A stretch of DNA of 64,000 nt from Actinomycetota bacterium (lineage in GTDB: Bacteria > Actinomycetota > UBA4738 > HRBIN12), in contig JBDUBL010000003.1 of the NCBI GenBank assembly GCA_040004125.1, forward strand, positions 8,392 to 72,391, in the 5' to 3' direction. The translations under genes were made by a program, and so were the position numbers. The first letter of the stretch is position 1. Each line of letters opens with the position of its first letter. Shown in pieces: positions 1 to 9,686 of this stretch. A model generated the notes under the pieces. That model worked only from the letters and a program-made list of their open reading frames with translations, was not told where the DNA came from and searched no databases.

Positions 1-1462
1 GGCTGAGCTCCACACGTTTGGGGTCGACGAGCACCAGGCGCACGTCGTCGGGGGTCGTGCGCACCAGCAGCGATGTGATGAACGAGTTGACCAGGCTCGA
101 CTTGCCCGCGCCCGTCGCGCCGGCGATCAGCACGTGCGGCATCCTCGCGAGGTTCACGAGGCGCGCACGGCCGTGGACGTCCTTGCCGAGCGCAACCTCG
201 AGCGGATGCGTCGCTTCCTTGGCGGCCGGCGAACGCAGGATGTCGCCCAGCATCACGAAGTCGCGGTGCTTGTTCGGCACCTCGATGCCGATCGCGGACT
301 TGCCCGGGATCGGCGCTTGGATCCGAACGTCGGGGGTCGCCAGCGCGTAAGCGATGTCGCTGGACAGCGCCAAGACCTTGTTGACCTTCGTGCCCGCCGC
401 GACCTCGACCTCGTACATCGTCACGGTCGGGCCTCGGTGAGCGCCGGTGACGTGCGCATCGACACCGAAGTTCCGCAGGGTCTGCTCGAGCGCGTCGTGC
501 ATCTGCGCCTGGTCGGCGCCGTCGGCGGTCGATGGCGGGGCCTCGCGGAGCAGATCCAGCGGCGGTAGCTGGTACGGGCCGTCGGCGGTCTCGACCGTCC
601 GGGAGCGCGCTCTCCGCGCTGGCGCCGCATCCGCCTCCTCCTGCTCGGTCTCCCAATCGTCATCCACCTCGTCGGCGGGCTCGACGTCGGGCACGTACAC
701 GAGCTCGTCGCCGTTGGGCTCCACCAAGCCGAAGGCTTCCTTCAGATGCCGGACGCGCTGCTTCTTAGGCCTCTCGACCGGCTCCTCAAGTTCGACCTGG
801 ACAGGGGTCTCGTCCTCGTCGACCTCGACGTCGGCGGCGGTGAAGAAGTCGTGCAGGTGCGCCCAGGCGCTTGCGATCGGCGTGCCGGTGAAGATCAACA
901 GCCCCAACACCGTGAGCCCCATGCAGACGATCGCGGCGCCGATCGGGGAGATCACGCCCGCCAGCGGGTGCGCAACGATCGCCCCCATCGCACCGCCCGC
1001 GGCCGCAAGGGCCGCGTAGCCGGCGGTCGGCGCCGGGTCGCCACCGAGCAGCGACAGCAACCCCAGGACACCGCCGCACAGCACCGTGAAACCGATGAAC
1101 ATGCGGACGCGTTCCTCGCGGGCGGTGTCGCGCAGCAACAGGACGCCCCAGTACACCCCGACCAGCGGGAAGAGCATCGCCGCCACGCCCCACGCGCCAT
1201 GCAACAGCCATCCGAGGAAGTCGCCGACCGGCCCGGCGGCGTCGAACCAGAGGCCGAGCACCGCGACCAGCGCAACGACCACCAGGAAGATGCCGAACGC
1301 GTCGCGCGCGTGCGGCGACAGGATCTGGTGGACGGGCGTCCGCGGCGGCTTCTTCTTGGCAGCGGGCTTCCGGCGAGCCGGCGCCTTCCGCGAGGAGGTC
1401 TTGGAACGGCTGGACGATGCGCGCGACGATGAGCGCCGCGAGGGGGAAGTCTTCGTGGCCAT
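1..1462 (-). CDS. ftsK: DNA translocase FtsK/SpoIIIE, N-terminal ~487 codons (3' end lies beyond the window start)
   Basis: Absent from the ORF track because it runs off the window. My minus-strand translation from ATG 1462-1460 gives MATKTSPSRR..., then several hydrophobic TM segments, then ...GATGAGKSSLVNSFITSLLVRTTPDDVRLVLVDPKRVELS (Walker A plus the typical FtsK motor motif), reading out at position 2. Confidence 0.9.
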   Translation of the reverse strand, partial: MATKTSPSRRSSSRASSSRSKTSSRKAPARRKPAAKKKPPRTPVHQILSPHARDAFGIFLVVVALVAVLGLWFDAAGPVGDFLGWLLHGAWGVAAMLFPLVGVYWGVLLLRDTAREERVRMFIGFTVLCGGVLGLLSLLGGDPAPTAGYAALAAAGGAMGAIVAHPLAGVISPIGAAIVCMGLTVLGLLIFTGTPIASAWAHLHDFFTAADVEVDEDETPVQVELEEPVERPKKQRVRHLKEAFGLVEPNGDELVYVPDVEPADEVDDDWETEQEEADAAPARRARSRTVETADGPYQLPPLDLLREAPPSTADGADQAQMHDALEQTLRNFGVDAHVTGAHRGPTVTMYEVEVAAGTKVNKVLALSSDIAYALATPDVRIQAPIPGKSAIGIEVPNKHRDFVMLGDILRSPAAKEATHPLEVALGKDVHGRARLVNLARMPHVLIAGATGAGKSSLVNSFITSLLVRTTPDDVRLVLVDPKRVELS

Positions 1463-1520
1463 AGGGGCGTCAGTCTGACGCCTGGAACGCCCGGCGCAAG
1501 CAGCCTGGTCGGGCGGTGCC

Positions 1521-3185
1521 TCAGGCCTCCATGATCACCGGCAGGATCACCGGCTTGCGCTGTGTCACCTCGACGAAGTAGCGCTTGAGGACCCGGCGGA
1601 TGTTCTGCTGCAGGGCAGACGGGTCGGTGACACCGGCCGACGAGGACCCTTCGAACGAGGCGATCACGCGGGCTCGTGCCTCCTCGAGGATGTCGCCCGA
1701 TGTCTCCTCGTGCACGAACCCGCGGTTCACCACGTCGGGCCCCCCGACCAGCTCCCCGGTCTGTGCATCGACGGTGACGACCACCACCACGACACCGTCG
1801 CTGGCGAGCTTCCGACGGTCGCGCAGGACCTCTCCCCCGACATCGCCGATCCCCAGACCGTCGACGAAGGTCATACCGGCGCGTACACGCTCGCCCTTGG
1901 CCAGGCGCTCGCCGATCTCCACGCTGTCGCCGTCCTCACAGACAAGGATGTGGTCCTGCGGGATGCCGACCTCCTCGGCCAGGCGCGCGTGATGTTGCAG
2001 GTGCCGGCGCTCGCCGTGCACCGGGATGAACCAACGTGGTCGCACGAGCGAGATCAACAGCCGCAGTTCCTCCTGCGCGGCGTGCCCGCTCGCGTGCACG
2101 GGGTCCGACGGCATATGGAAGACATCGGCCCCGCTTCGATAGAGCGAGTCGACGACCCGGTGGATCGCGGGCTCGTTGCCGGGGATCAAGCTGGAGGACA
2201 GGACGACCGTGTCGCCCTTCTTCAGCTTGACCCACTTGTGCTCACGCGCGGCCATCAGACTGAGCGCCGAGTAGGGCTCGCCTTGGCTGCCGGTGCAGAT
2301 GATCACGACACGGCCGGGGTCCAGCGAGTCCACCTCGGAGATGTCGATCACGTCGCGTTCGTCCAGGCGCAGGATGTCGAGCCTTCGGGCCGCCGCGACC
2401 GAATTCTGCATCGAGCGGCCCAGGAACGTGACCACGCGCCCGTCGGCGACCGCAGCGTCGATCACCTGCTGGGTGCGGTGGATGTGGCTCGAGAAACAGG
2501 CGACCACCACGATGCCCTGCGCGTTCGAGACGATGTCGCGCAGGATCGGCCCGACGGTCTTCTCACTCGTGCTGTGACCCGGTTCCTCGGCGTTCGTCGA
2601 GTCCGACAGCAGCACGTGGACCCCGCGGCCGGCCTCCTCGGCGAAGCCATGCAGATCGGTCGCGAAGCCGTCGATAGGCGTGGGATCGAGCTTGAAGTCC
2701 CCGGTGTGCAGCACCGTGCCGTAGGGGGTGTCGACTGCCACCGCCATGCCGTCGGGGATCGAGTGCGTCACGTGCAGGAAGCGCATGGTGAACCCGCCGA
2801 CCGTGAGACCACTGCCAGGCTCGGCGAGCGTCAGCTCCGCCAGGTCCGTGACGCCGTGTTCCTCCAGCTTGCCCTGCAGGAGCTCGAGCGTGAAAGCGGT
2901 GCCGACCACCGGGACGGGGCGACCCAGGTCTTTGAGCAGGTACGGAAGTGCCCCGACGTGATCCTCGTGCCCGTGCGTCAACACGATCGCCTCCACGTCG
3001 TCCGCGCGGTCGCGGACGAACTCCATGTCGGGCAAAACGAGGTCGATGCCGAGCATGTCGGCGGACGGGAACGACAGCCCGACGTCGATGATCAACAGCC
3101 TGCCGTCGACCTCCAGACAGGCCATGTTGCGACCCACCTCGCCGATACCTCCGAGGAAGACGAGACGGCAGTCGGACTCAGGCAA
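1521..3185 (-). CDS. rnj: Ribonuclease J (metallo-beta-lactamase/beta-CASP RNase)
   Basis: ORF 1521-3269 carries the HxHxDH motif (THGHEDHVGALPYL). The conserved N-terminus begins at RLVFLGGIGEVGRNM. The first ~28 codons of the track ORF are Arg-rich and overlap dapA, so I trimmed to the in-frame TTG at 3185-3183, just past the dapA stop. The exact start is uncertain. Confidence 0.9.
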   Translation of the reverse strand: MPESDCRLVFLGGIGEVGRNMACLEVDGRLLIIDVGLSFPSADMLGIDLVLPDMEFVRDRADDVEAIVLTHGHEDHVGALPYLLKDLGRPVPVVGTAFTLELLQGKLEEHGVTDLAELTLAEPGSGLTVGGFTMRFLHVTHSIPDGMAVAVDTPYGTVLHTGDFKLDPTPIDGFATDLHGFAEEAGRGVHVLLSDSTNAEEPGHSTSEKTVGPILRDIVSNAQGIVVVACFSSHIHRTQQVIDAAVADGRVVTFLGRSMQNSVAAARRLDILRLDERDVIDISEVDSLDPGRVVIICTGSQGEPYSALSLMAAREHKWVKLKKGDTVVLSSSLIPGNEPAIHRVVDSLYRSGADVFHMPSDPVHASGHAAQEELRLLISLVRPRWFIPVHGERRHLQHHARLAEEVGIPQDHILVCEDGDSVEIGERLAKGERVRAGMTFVDGLGIGDVGGEVLRDRRKLASDGVVVVVVTVDAQTGELVGGPDVVNRGFVHEETSGDILEEARARVIASFEGSSSAGVTDPSALQQNIRRVLKRYFVEVTQRKPVILPVIMEA

Positions 3186-4065
3186 GGAGACCGGCGTCCT
3201 CCAGCGCCGCGCGGACCCTGGCCTCTTCGTCCGAGGTCGCCGCCACCAGCGGCAACCGCGTCCCGCCACAGCCGCGCCCGAGCATCTGCAGCGCGGCCTT
3301 GACCGGGATCGGGTTCGACGTGATGAACATCGCGTTGTAGAGCGGCGCGAGGGACTCGTGGATCTTGCGCGCAGCGGGGATGTCCCCGGTCACGATCAGA
3401 TCGACCATCTGATGGATCTGCTGACCGACCAGGTGGCTCGCAACGCTCACGACCCCGGCGGCGCCCAGGCACACGTAGCCGAACGTGGCCCAGTCATCAC
3501 CCGAGTAGACCTCGAACCCATCCGGCGCTTCCGCGATCAGTCGCGACACAGCCTGGAAGTCCCCGGTCGAGTCTTTGACCGCGACGATGTTGGGGTGGGC
3601 GGCAAGTTCCAGGAGCGTGGCGTGCTCGATCCGCAGTGCGGTGCGCCCCGGGATGTTGTAGAGCATGACGGGCAGATCGGTCGCGTCGGCCACGGCCGTG
3701 AAGTGGGCCGTGAGGCCGCGTTGCGGCGGCTTGTTGTAATAGGGCGTCACGACGAGCACGCCGTCGGCCCCGGCATCGGCGGCCACGTGCGCCAGCTCGA
3801 GCGTCTCGGCCGTCGCGTAGGTGCCGACGCCCGCGATCATCGCACCCTGGCCGCGGATCGCCTCGCCGACGGCATGGAAGAGCTCGCCCTTTTCGGTGGC
3901 GGTCAGGGTCGGAGCTTCGCCGGTCGAGCCGCACACGACGACGGCGTCGGACCCGTTGGCGACCAGCCAACGCGCGAGCTCCTGCGCACGAGGGAGGTCG
4001 ACGCCCTGATCGTCGCGGAACGGCGTCACCATGGCGGTGATGACGGATCCGAACCTGCCGGTCAT
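3178..4065 (-). CDS. dapA: 4-hydroxy-tetrahydrodipicolinate synthase
   Basis: 295-aa ORF with typical DapA sequence (GSVITAMVTPF..., VVVCGSTGE, LYNIPGRT, VAVKDSTGD). Sits in the conserved position next to rnj. Confidence 0.93.
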   Translation of the reverse strand: MTGRFGSVITAMVTPFRDDQGVDLPRAQELARWLVANGSDAVVVCGSTGEAPTLTATEKGELFHAVGEAIRGQGAMIAGVGTYATAETLELAHVAADAGADGVLVVTPYYNKPPQRGLTAHFTAVADATDLPVMLYNIPGRTALRIEHATLLELAAHPNIVAVKDSTGDFQAVSRLIAEAPDGFEVYSGDDWATFGYVCLGAAGVVSVASHLVGQQIHQMVDLIVTGDIPAARKIHESLAPLYNAMFITSNPIPVKAALQMLGRGCGGTRLPLVAATSDEEARVRAALEDAGLLA

Positions 4066-4117
4066 CGCGGGACGCCCCTTTCGACCGGGCCGCCCGGGCG
4101 GCGGCGCGGTATCGCCC

Positions 4118-4123
4118 TATGCT
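4118..4123 (+). promoter_or_regulatory. Candidate -10 box (TATGCT) for a leaderless transcript of the adenosyltransferase gene
   Basis: TATGCT matches the actinobacterial TANNNT -10 consensus and ends 8 nt before ATG 4132. No Shine-Dalgarno sequence lies between them. Inference only. Confidence 0.3.
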
Positions 4124-4131
4124 AGCCGCCC

Positions 4132-4677
4132 ATGCCACGCATCTACACGAAGACCGGTGACGACGGCACGACGGGGCTCCTGTACGGCGGTCGGATCCCC
4201 AAGGACGACCTGCTCACCGAGGCATACGGCACGACCGATGAGGCGGTCGCGCTGCTCGGTCTGGCTCGCGCGCTCACGGAAGACCCTGCGATGCAGGGGG
4301 ATCTGCTTGCCCTGCAGCGCGAGCTCTTCGTCGTGGGGGCAGACCTCGCGACCAACCCCCGGAAGCGCAAGAAGCTCGAGCCGGAGGTGTCCCTGGTGAC
4401 CGGGCGGATGATCAAACGTCTCGAACGCCGGATCGACGCCCTGGTGGAGGAACGGCCGCTGCCCGAGGTCTTCATCGTGCCGGGGGCGAACCCCGCGAGC
4501 GCCGCGATCGACGTGGCGCGGTCCGTGATACGGCGTGCCGAACGCGACGTCGTGGCGCTGGAGCACGCGCAACGCGAGGTGAACCCCGAGGTGCGCCGCT
4601 ACCTCAACCGGCTGAGCGATCTGCTGTTCGTGCTCGCGCGCTGGCAGGCCGGCGAAGCCGAGCCTGCGAGCCGCTGA
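4132..4677 (+). CDS. PduO-type ATP:cob(I)alamin adenosyltransferase
   Basis: 181-aa ORF with the signature N-terminus MPRIYTKTGDDGTTGL and a helical-bundle-like remainder (TDEAVALLGLAR, LQRELF). Confidence 0.85.
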   Translation: MPRIYTKTGDDGTTGLLYGGRIPKDDLLTEAYGTTDEAVALLGLARALTEDPAMQGDLLALQRELFVVGADLATNPRKRKKLEPEVSLVTGRMIKRLERRIDALVEERPLPEVFIVPGANPASAAIDVARSVIRRAERDVVALEHAQREVNPEVRRYLNRLSDLLFVLARWQAGEAEPASR

Positions 4678-4683
4678 CGAGAG

Positions 4684-6633
4684 CTACGTGAACCGCAGGT
4701 ACAACCACGGCGACGAGTCGCCGATATGATCGCTGTGCGTCGGCAACTGCACCATCACGCGGAAGTTCACGTTGGCCGATCCTTTGATGACGAACGTCGT
4801 GTTGCTCGAGGCGTTCAAGGGGAACGAACCGGTGTCGAGCGTCTTCCAGGCGCCGCCGGTGTAAGCCTGCAGCGTCGCCTTCACGCTGAACCGCGCGTGG
4901 TTCGGTGCCACGTGCACCTCGCAATGGGCATACGTGCCCGCGCGATAAATGCGGTAGGCGCCCGACGTCGAGACGTACTTCGTGAGCTTCGCGGTGAGGA
5001 TGACGCGGACGCGGGTCGTGACGGCATCCAGCGCCGCAGCGTGCGTGCCGTCGCCGGCGTAGCGCGCGATGAAGGTCGTGTCGCGCGTCGGCGCGAACTT
5101 CACCGACAGGTTCCCGTGACTGTCGACGGTTCCCTTCTTGAGCAGCTTCTCGCTGCCACCGTCGGGCTTGGCGTAGATCGAAAGCGTCCGGCTCTTCGTG
5201 CCGCCTCCGAGGTGCCCCTTCACGGTGACGGACTTGCCGATCGTGACGGTCTTGGTGCTCGCCGTGGCGGATACGGACACCGACAGTAGCTTGACCTTGA
5301 CGGTGTCCTTCGCGCTTGACGCGGGGTGGTGATCGATCCCTGCGAACGATGCCGTGTAGGCCACCGTCCCGCCGACCTCCGGTACGTCATCGATATGGAA
5401 CGAGCCGTCGCTCTGGGTGGTCGCCTGGCCGATCGAGGTTGTCCCGCTGTCGTCTTTCCGTTCGAATGTGACCGTCTGGCCCGCGGCGCTCGAGCCGTCG
5501 CCGAAGGTCAGGACGCCGTCGAGTGACACCGAGTCACCGATCGTCGGTGTCGAGGGCGTCGCCGACAGCGTGAGCGTGGTCGGCGACTCGAGTGGATCGA
5601 GCGCGTAGAAGGAGACAGGCTGTCCCGAATACACAGATGTGCTCGTCACCGCGAAGACGCGCGTGGCGTCCCCAGCCCAGGCGACGCCGTGGGGCACGAT
5701 GGTGACGTCGCCGCTCGCGAAATCGTATGTCCACTTCGCCGTCGTGACGCCCAGGTCGTACACGAAGACGTCCGTGTCATAGGAGCTGTCGCTGCCCCCG
5801 ACCAACTGCCCGCCACCCACGGAAGTCACGTCGACGGACGTCGGGTACGGATCGGCATCGTAGCTGCGGATGGTCGCGAAGTCCGATCGCCGGATCTCCG
5901 GGTAGGTATAGGGATACCCCGATGCCAGGAAGATCGAACCGCCGTCGGGGGCAACAGCCGCCTGATACAGGTTCTCCGCGCCGCCTGGGTTGTCCAAGTT
6001 GTGGAGCAGGGTCGGTGGCGCCGTCGACATGTCGTAGGCGTACATCGTCGCGGACGAGATCTGCGTCTCGAACGTGATCAGCGCGTTCGGGTCCGTGGAC
6101 CCGGATGCGTAGCGCGGACAGTAGGAGGCGCCCAGACTCTTCGCGTTCGCGGTCAACTTCGTGCCGTCGGTCGCCACCGCAGCGTGTTGCATCGAAAACG
6201 AGCCACAGGTGCCGATCGTGAACCACAGCCTGCCGGCGACATACGCCACATCGCCTGGGTCGGTGAACGTGCCGATCGAGATCGTGCGCGACACAGCGGG
6301 CGTCGGCAACGTCAGGTCGACGACCTGGATATCGTCGTCGCCCGCCGATGCGACGAAGAGCTCGGGACCGACCTGCACCATGCCGCTCGCACCCGCGATC
6401 GGGATCGTGTCGAGCAGCGCACCGTCGTAGTCCAGCACCGCAACCCCGTCTTGCGTCTGGCCCCCCGACACGAACACGCGATCGTGCGCGCCGTCGACGA
6501 CGAGATCGAAGATGCCCGTCACGAATGGAAGCGTGGTGCCGCTCGGCTGCGCGTTCGCCGCGAGCTGCGCGACCGCGATAAACGTCACCGCGACCATGAG
6601 TCCGGCCACGGCCGTGCAAAGACGTTTCAACAT
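4684..6633 (-). CDS. Secreted protein of unknown function (beta-propeller-like N-terminal half followed by about three Ig-like beta-sandwich repeats)
   Basis: 649-aa ORF starting at ATG 6633. Signal peptide MLKRLCTAVAGLMVAVTFIAVAQLAANA. Repeated approx. 95-aa Thr/Ser/Val-rich modules in the C-terminal half (TLTLSATPSTPTIGDSVSL..., LSVSVSATASTKTVTIGKSVTV...). High G/C at third codon positions. Confidence 0.7.
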   Translation of the reverse strand: MLKRLCTAVAGLMVAVTFIAVAQLAANAQPSGTTLPFVTGIFDLVVDGAHDRVFVSGGQTQDGVAVLDYDGALLDTIPIAGASGMVQVGPELFVASAGDDDIQVVDLTLPTPAVSRTISIGTFTDPGDVAYVAGRLWFTIGTCGSFSMQHAAVATDGTKLTANAKSLGASYCPRYASGSTDPNALITFETQISSATMYAYDMSTAPPTLLHNLDNPGGAENLYQAAVAPDGGSIFLASGYPYTYPEIRRSDFATIRSYDADPYPTSVDVTSVGGGQLVGGSDSSYDTDVFVYDLGVTTAKWTYDFASGDVTIVPHGVAWAGDATRVFAVTSTSVYSGQPVSFYALDPLESPTTLTLSATPSTPTIGDSVSLDGVLTFGDGSSAAGQTVTFERKDDSGTTSIGQATTQSDGSFHIDDVPEVGGTVAYTASFAGIDHHPASSAKDTVKVKLLSVSVSATASTKTVTIGKSVTVKGHLGGGTKSRTLSIYAKPDGGSEKLLKKGTVDSHGNLSVKFAPTRDTTFIARYAGDGTHAAALDAVTTRVRVILTAKLTKYVSTSGAYRIYRAGTYAHCEVHVAPNHARFSVKATLQAYTGGAWKTLDTGSFPLNASSNTTFVIKGSANVNFRVMVQLPTHSDHIGDSSPWLYLRFT

Positions 6634-6680
6634 CGCCCCAGGGTACGGGGGGTGGCCCCGAGGGGCAACCCAACTTTCGG

Positions 6681-7127
6681 CTACTTCTCGAGGACCCTGG
6701 GGCTGAGCGCGCCCCAGTTCGCATCGCCGAGCTTCAAGACGACCAGTCCCACGTCATCGCGCGTAAGGGCACCAGGAAACTTCACCTGGTACTCGCCGAT
6801 CCCTCCGTCGGCAAGCGGCCCCGATCCGGCCAGTTTCCCGGCGACTTGTCGCTGATCCTGGGTGACCACGTATACGGAGGGGGCGCCGACCTCGCGTCCG
6901 CTGCCGTTCTTGACGGTGAGGACCGGCGGGCCGTCCTTCCATTCGAAGGTCGCCTTCACGCCGAGGTATTCATATATCCACTCCCCGGGCACGATCGTCG
7001 CGTTGACATCGGTCGTCGGCAGCGGGCCGGCCGAGTCAGACGTCGACGTCGTCTCGGTCGTGCCGCCACCGGTGCAGGCGGTGAGGGCCGCGAGTAAAAG
7101 CACGGTCACGAGGGTCCGTAGGCGCAT
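6681..7127 (-). CDS. Small lipoprotein of unknown function
   Basis: Trimmed from track ORF 6681-7871 to ATG 7127-7125. MRLRTLVTVLLLAALTAC is a lipobox (LTAC) signal peptide. The upstream 248 codons are Arg-rich and antisense to the phosphatase gene. Confidence 0.7.
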   Translation of the reverse strand: MRLRTLVTVLLLAALTACTGGGTTETTSTSDSAGPLPTTDVNATIVPGEWIYEYLGVKATFEWKDGPPVLTVKNGSGREVGAPSVYVVTQDQRQVAGKLAGSGPLADGGIGEYQVKFPGALTRDDVGLVVLKLGDANWGALSPRVLEK

Positions 7128-7181
7128 GGATGCGGCATGATACGCGAGCCCTGGAGGGGCCGACCGCACCGAGGAGCGCCG

Positions 7182-7652
7182 ATGCAGCGACTGGAATTGC
7201 GACGCCATGCCGCGCGCGAGGCGGCGAGCGACGCCCTCTCGCCAGAGGGGCGGGCCGCCGCGGAAGATGTCGGCCGTTCCCGGGGCGAGCGCTACGAGGT
7301 CGTGTTCGTCTCTCCGGCCGAGCGAGCAGCCGAGACCGCCGCCTGGATCCTGCGCGGTGCGGGACAGCAACTGCCACCCGAGCACGCGGTGATCCCGGGA
7401 CTGGCCGGCCAGGACGCGACCGGCGGCTCTCCCGAGGGCATGGCCGCCGGTGTCCGAGCGCTCCTGGATCGGATCCCCGACGAAGGGCTCGCACTGGCGA
7501 TCAGCCACACCCCATTGGTCGAGCGCGCCGCGTTCGGCCTTTCCGGCCGAGAGATCTCCCCGGTGGACCCATGCGAGGGCGTCATGGTGACCCGTCACGA
7601 CGACGGGCGGATCACGATCAAGGAGTTGCGTCTGGCCGGCGGTGTCGGGTGA
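7182..7652 (+). CDS. Histidine phosphatase (phosphoglycerate-mutase-like) family protein
   Basis: ATG 7182 is preceded by GAGGAG (7171-7176). N-terminal RHA catalytic motif (MQRLELRRHAARE) and a later ISHTPLV His motif. Confidence 0.7.
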   Translation: MQRLELRRHAAREAASDALSPEGRAAAEDVGRSRGERYEVVFVSPAERAAETAAWILRGAGQQLPPEHAVIPGLAGQDATGGSPEGMAAGVRALLDRIPDEGLALAISHTPLVERAAFGLSGREISPVDPCEGVMVTRHDDGRITIKELRLAGGVG

Positions 7653-7678
7653 GCGCCACCCTGGGGCAGCGCGCCGCC

Positions 7679-8893
7679 TCAGAAATAATACATGGGCCAC
7701 GGCGCGACGTCGCTGCGGAACATCGCGTCGATCGTGTCGAGGACTTCGGGCGTGCGGACCTCGATCCGACCGGCGCGAGCGAGCGCGGACCAGGTGAACC
7801 CGCCCAGATAGGTCGACCCGAGCGCATGCACGGAACACACGATGTCCGGCTCGGACTGCACCAGACGGCACGTCGCCGCCCGGTCCGTCACGACGAGCTC
7901 GTAGATGCCGTCGTTGGCAGGCATCGAAGCGTCCGTGACCGCGAGCACGACCCGACCGTCGGCGGCATACCCCCGCGCCTCCAGGGCACCGACGACGCTC
8001 AGCGGCCGTAGGAGCAGGCCGTCGTCGAGCTCGGGTCGCAACGACCGCGGCTCGGCCAACTGCAGCAGCAAAGGGTCATCGACCGCCCGGGTCTCGGCCT
8101 TCACGCGAGACACCAGGTCCACGTCGAAGAGGAACCGCCACAGCGAGGCGCTCGCCTCCGGGGAGACCGCGACATGACGTCGCACCGTCATCTCGACGCT
8201 GGGCAGTCCGCGCGGCCATTCGTGCTTCGTCCGGTACATCGCGAACGCGTCCGGTGTGCCGGCATCGTCCTCGTGCACGGCATAGAAGAGCCGTTCGTCG
8301 TCCTTGGAGGATTCCCAGAATGCGACCTCCATCCAGGTCGCGTCCGCCTCCAAAGCCCCCGGGCGTGCGAGGAACGCGCGGCTGTAGATGTCGCGCATCG
8401 CCGGCATCGCCTCCTCTCGGCTGTGCAACACGACGCGGCCGGTTGGTCCCGTGTCCGGCGCCCACCGCACGCGGTCCAAGGCCAGGTCGAAACTGAGGTG
8501 ATGAGCGGCGGCGCCGAAACCGAACCGGCCGTAGATCGCCGCCTCCGACGCGAACAGGGTGGTCACGACCTCGCCCCGCTCGAGCGCCTGGTCGAACATG
8601 CGCATCATCAGCTCGCGCAGGATGCCGCGGCGCCGGTGGGTCGGCAAGACACCCACGAGGGTGACGCCGGCCGTGGGCACGAGCGCCCCGCCCGGCACGA
8701 CCATCTGCTGTGTGAAGACGCCGGCGCAGCCGACGATCCGACCCTCGTCGAAGGCGGCGAACGTTCGATCGGGCTCCAGGACCATGCGGTCGGATCGGAG
8801 CTCGTCCGGATCCGGATGGGCGTCAGCGAACGCCGTCGCAAGCGACGCGAAGAACGGATCGATCTCCTCGGCAGTGATCGCGCGGTAGTCCAC
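7679..8893 (-). CDS. GNAT-family N-acetyltransferase, Eis-like (GNAT plus SCP2-like C-terminal domain)
   Basis: Trimmed to GTG 8893-8891, downstream of the dapB stop at 8922, giving 404 aa. GNAT motif VLPTHRRRGILRELM. Length and C-terminal end (...APWPMYYF) are typical of Eis-type enzymes. Confidence 0.75.
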   Translation of the reverse strand: MDYRAITAEEIDPFFASLATAFADAHPDPDELRSDRMVLEPDRTFAAFDEGRIVGCAGVFTQQMVVPGGALVPTAGVTLVGVLPTHRRRGILRELMMRMFDQALERGEVVTTLFASEAAIYGRFGFGAAAHHLSFDLALDRVRWAPDTGPTGRVVLHSREEAMPAMRDIYSRAFLARPGALEADATWMEVAFWESSKDDERLFYAVHEDDAGTPDAFAMYRTKHEWPRGLPSVEMTVRRHVAVSPEASASLWRFLFDVDLVSRVKAETRAVDDPLLLQLAEPRSLRPELDDGLLLRPLSVVGALEARGYAADGRVVLAVTDASMPANDGIYELVVTDRAATCRLVQSEPDIVCSVHALGSTYLGGFTWSALARAGRIEVRTPEVLDTIDAMFRSDVAPWPMYYF

Positions 8894-8921
8894 GGCGAGC
8901 CAGCCTAGTGCAGGCGGTGGC

Positions 8922-9686
8922 TCAGTCGAGCAGCACGTCGAGACCGACTGTGAGTCCGGGCCGCTCGCCCACTGCCCGAACGGCCAACAACACCCCCGGC
9001 ATGAACGCCGCCCGGTCCATCGTGTCGTGGCGCAGCGTGAGCGTCTGCCCCGGCCCCCCGAACAGCACCTCTTCATGGGCGACCAACCCCGGCAGACGCA
9101 CCGCGTGCACCCGCACGCCATCGACCTCGGTGCCACGCGCGCCGGCGTACTGCCCGACGGCCTCCGGCGCCGACCAGTCCCCTGCGCGTGCCGCCCCGAT
9201 CACACGAGCGGTTGCGATGGCGGTGCCACTGGGCGCATCGGCCTTCCCGTCGTGATGCAATTCGATCACCTCGGCCGCGTCGAAGTAACGGGCCGCTTGA
9301 GCCGCGAACCGGAGCAGGAGCACCGCGCCGAGCGCGAAGTTGGGGGCCACGATGCAGTTCGCCTCGCCCGCCGTGGCCGCGGCATCGAGTTCATCGAGAT
9401 CGGCCGGGGTGAGCCCCGTAGTGCCGACGACCGCGTGGATACCGTTGCGGAGACACCATCGCGTGTTGGGCATCACGGTCGAGGGGTGCGTGAAGTCCAC
9501 GGCCACATCGACGTCGGCCCCCGCCAGACTCTCGAACGTTGCCGCCACCAAGAGGCCTTCGGCTTCCAGGCCGGTGTTGTTCGGATCGACCGCGGCGACC
9601 AACTCGAGACCGTCGGCGCCGGCAACCGCCCGGCAGACCTCGCGGCCCATGCGCCCGGCAGCGCCCAATACGCCGACGCGGATCAC
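8922..9686 (-). CDS. dapB: 4-hydroxy-tetrahydrodipicolinate reductase
   Basis: 254 aa. N-terminal Rossmann motif MIRVGVLGAAGRMG, plus ELHHDGKADAPSGTA. Its GTG start overlaps the stop of the upstream peptidase gene (GTGA). Confidence 0.93.
   Translation of the reverse strand: MIRVGVLGAAGRMGREVCRAVAGADGLELVAAVDPNNTGLEAEGLLVAATFESLAGADVDVAVDFTHPSTVMPNTRWCLRNGIHAVVGTTGLTPADLDELDAAATAGEANCIVAPNFALGAVLLLRFAAQAARYFDAAEVIELHHDGKADAPSGTAIATARVIGAARAGDWSAPEAVGQYAGARGTEVDGVRVHAVRLPGLVAHEEVLFGGPGQTLTLRHDTMDRAAFMPGVLLAVRAVGERPGLTVGLDVLLD

Noticed and set aside
1466-1482. Palindrome ggcgtcag-t-ctgacgcc between the rnj stop and the ftsK start, considered as a terminator
   Set aside because: There is no U-tract, and it ends only 3 nt before the ftsK ATG. 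I cannot distinguish a terminator, a translational element and chance, so I did not list it as a feature.
6681-7871. Very long N-terminal extensions in track ORFs (6681-7871, 9683-11152, 21148-23004, 32083-33846, 36778-38697, 57406-59496, 55270-56169, 52414-54849)
   Set aside because: The ORF track extends to the first ATG/GTG/TTG. The extensions are Arg-rich and overlap upstream or opposite-strand genes, and conserved N-termini or signal peptides begin at internal starts. I trimmed the genes accordingly.
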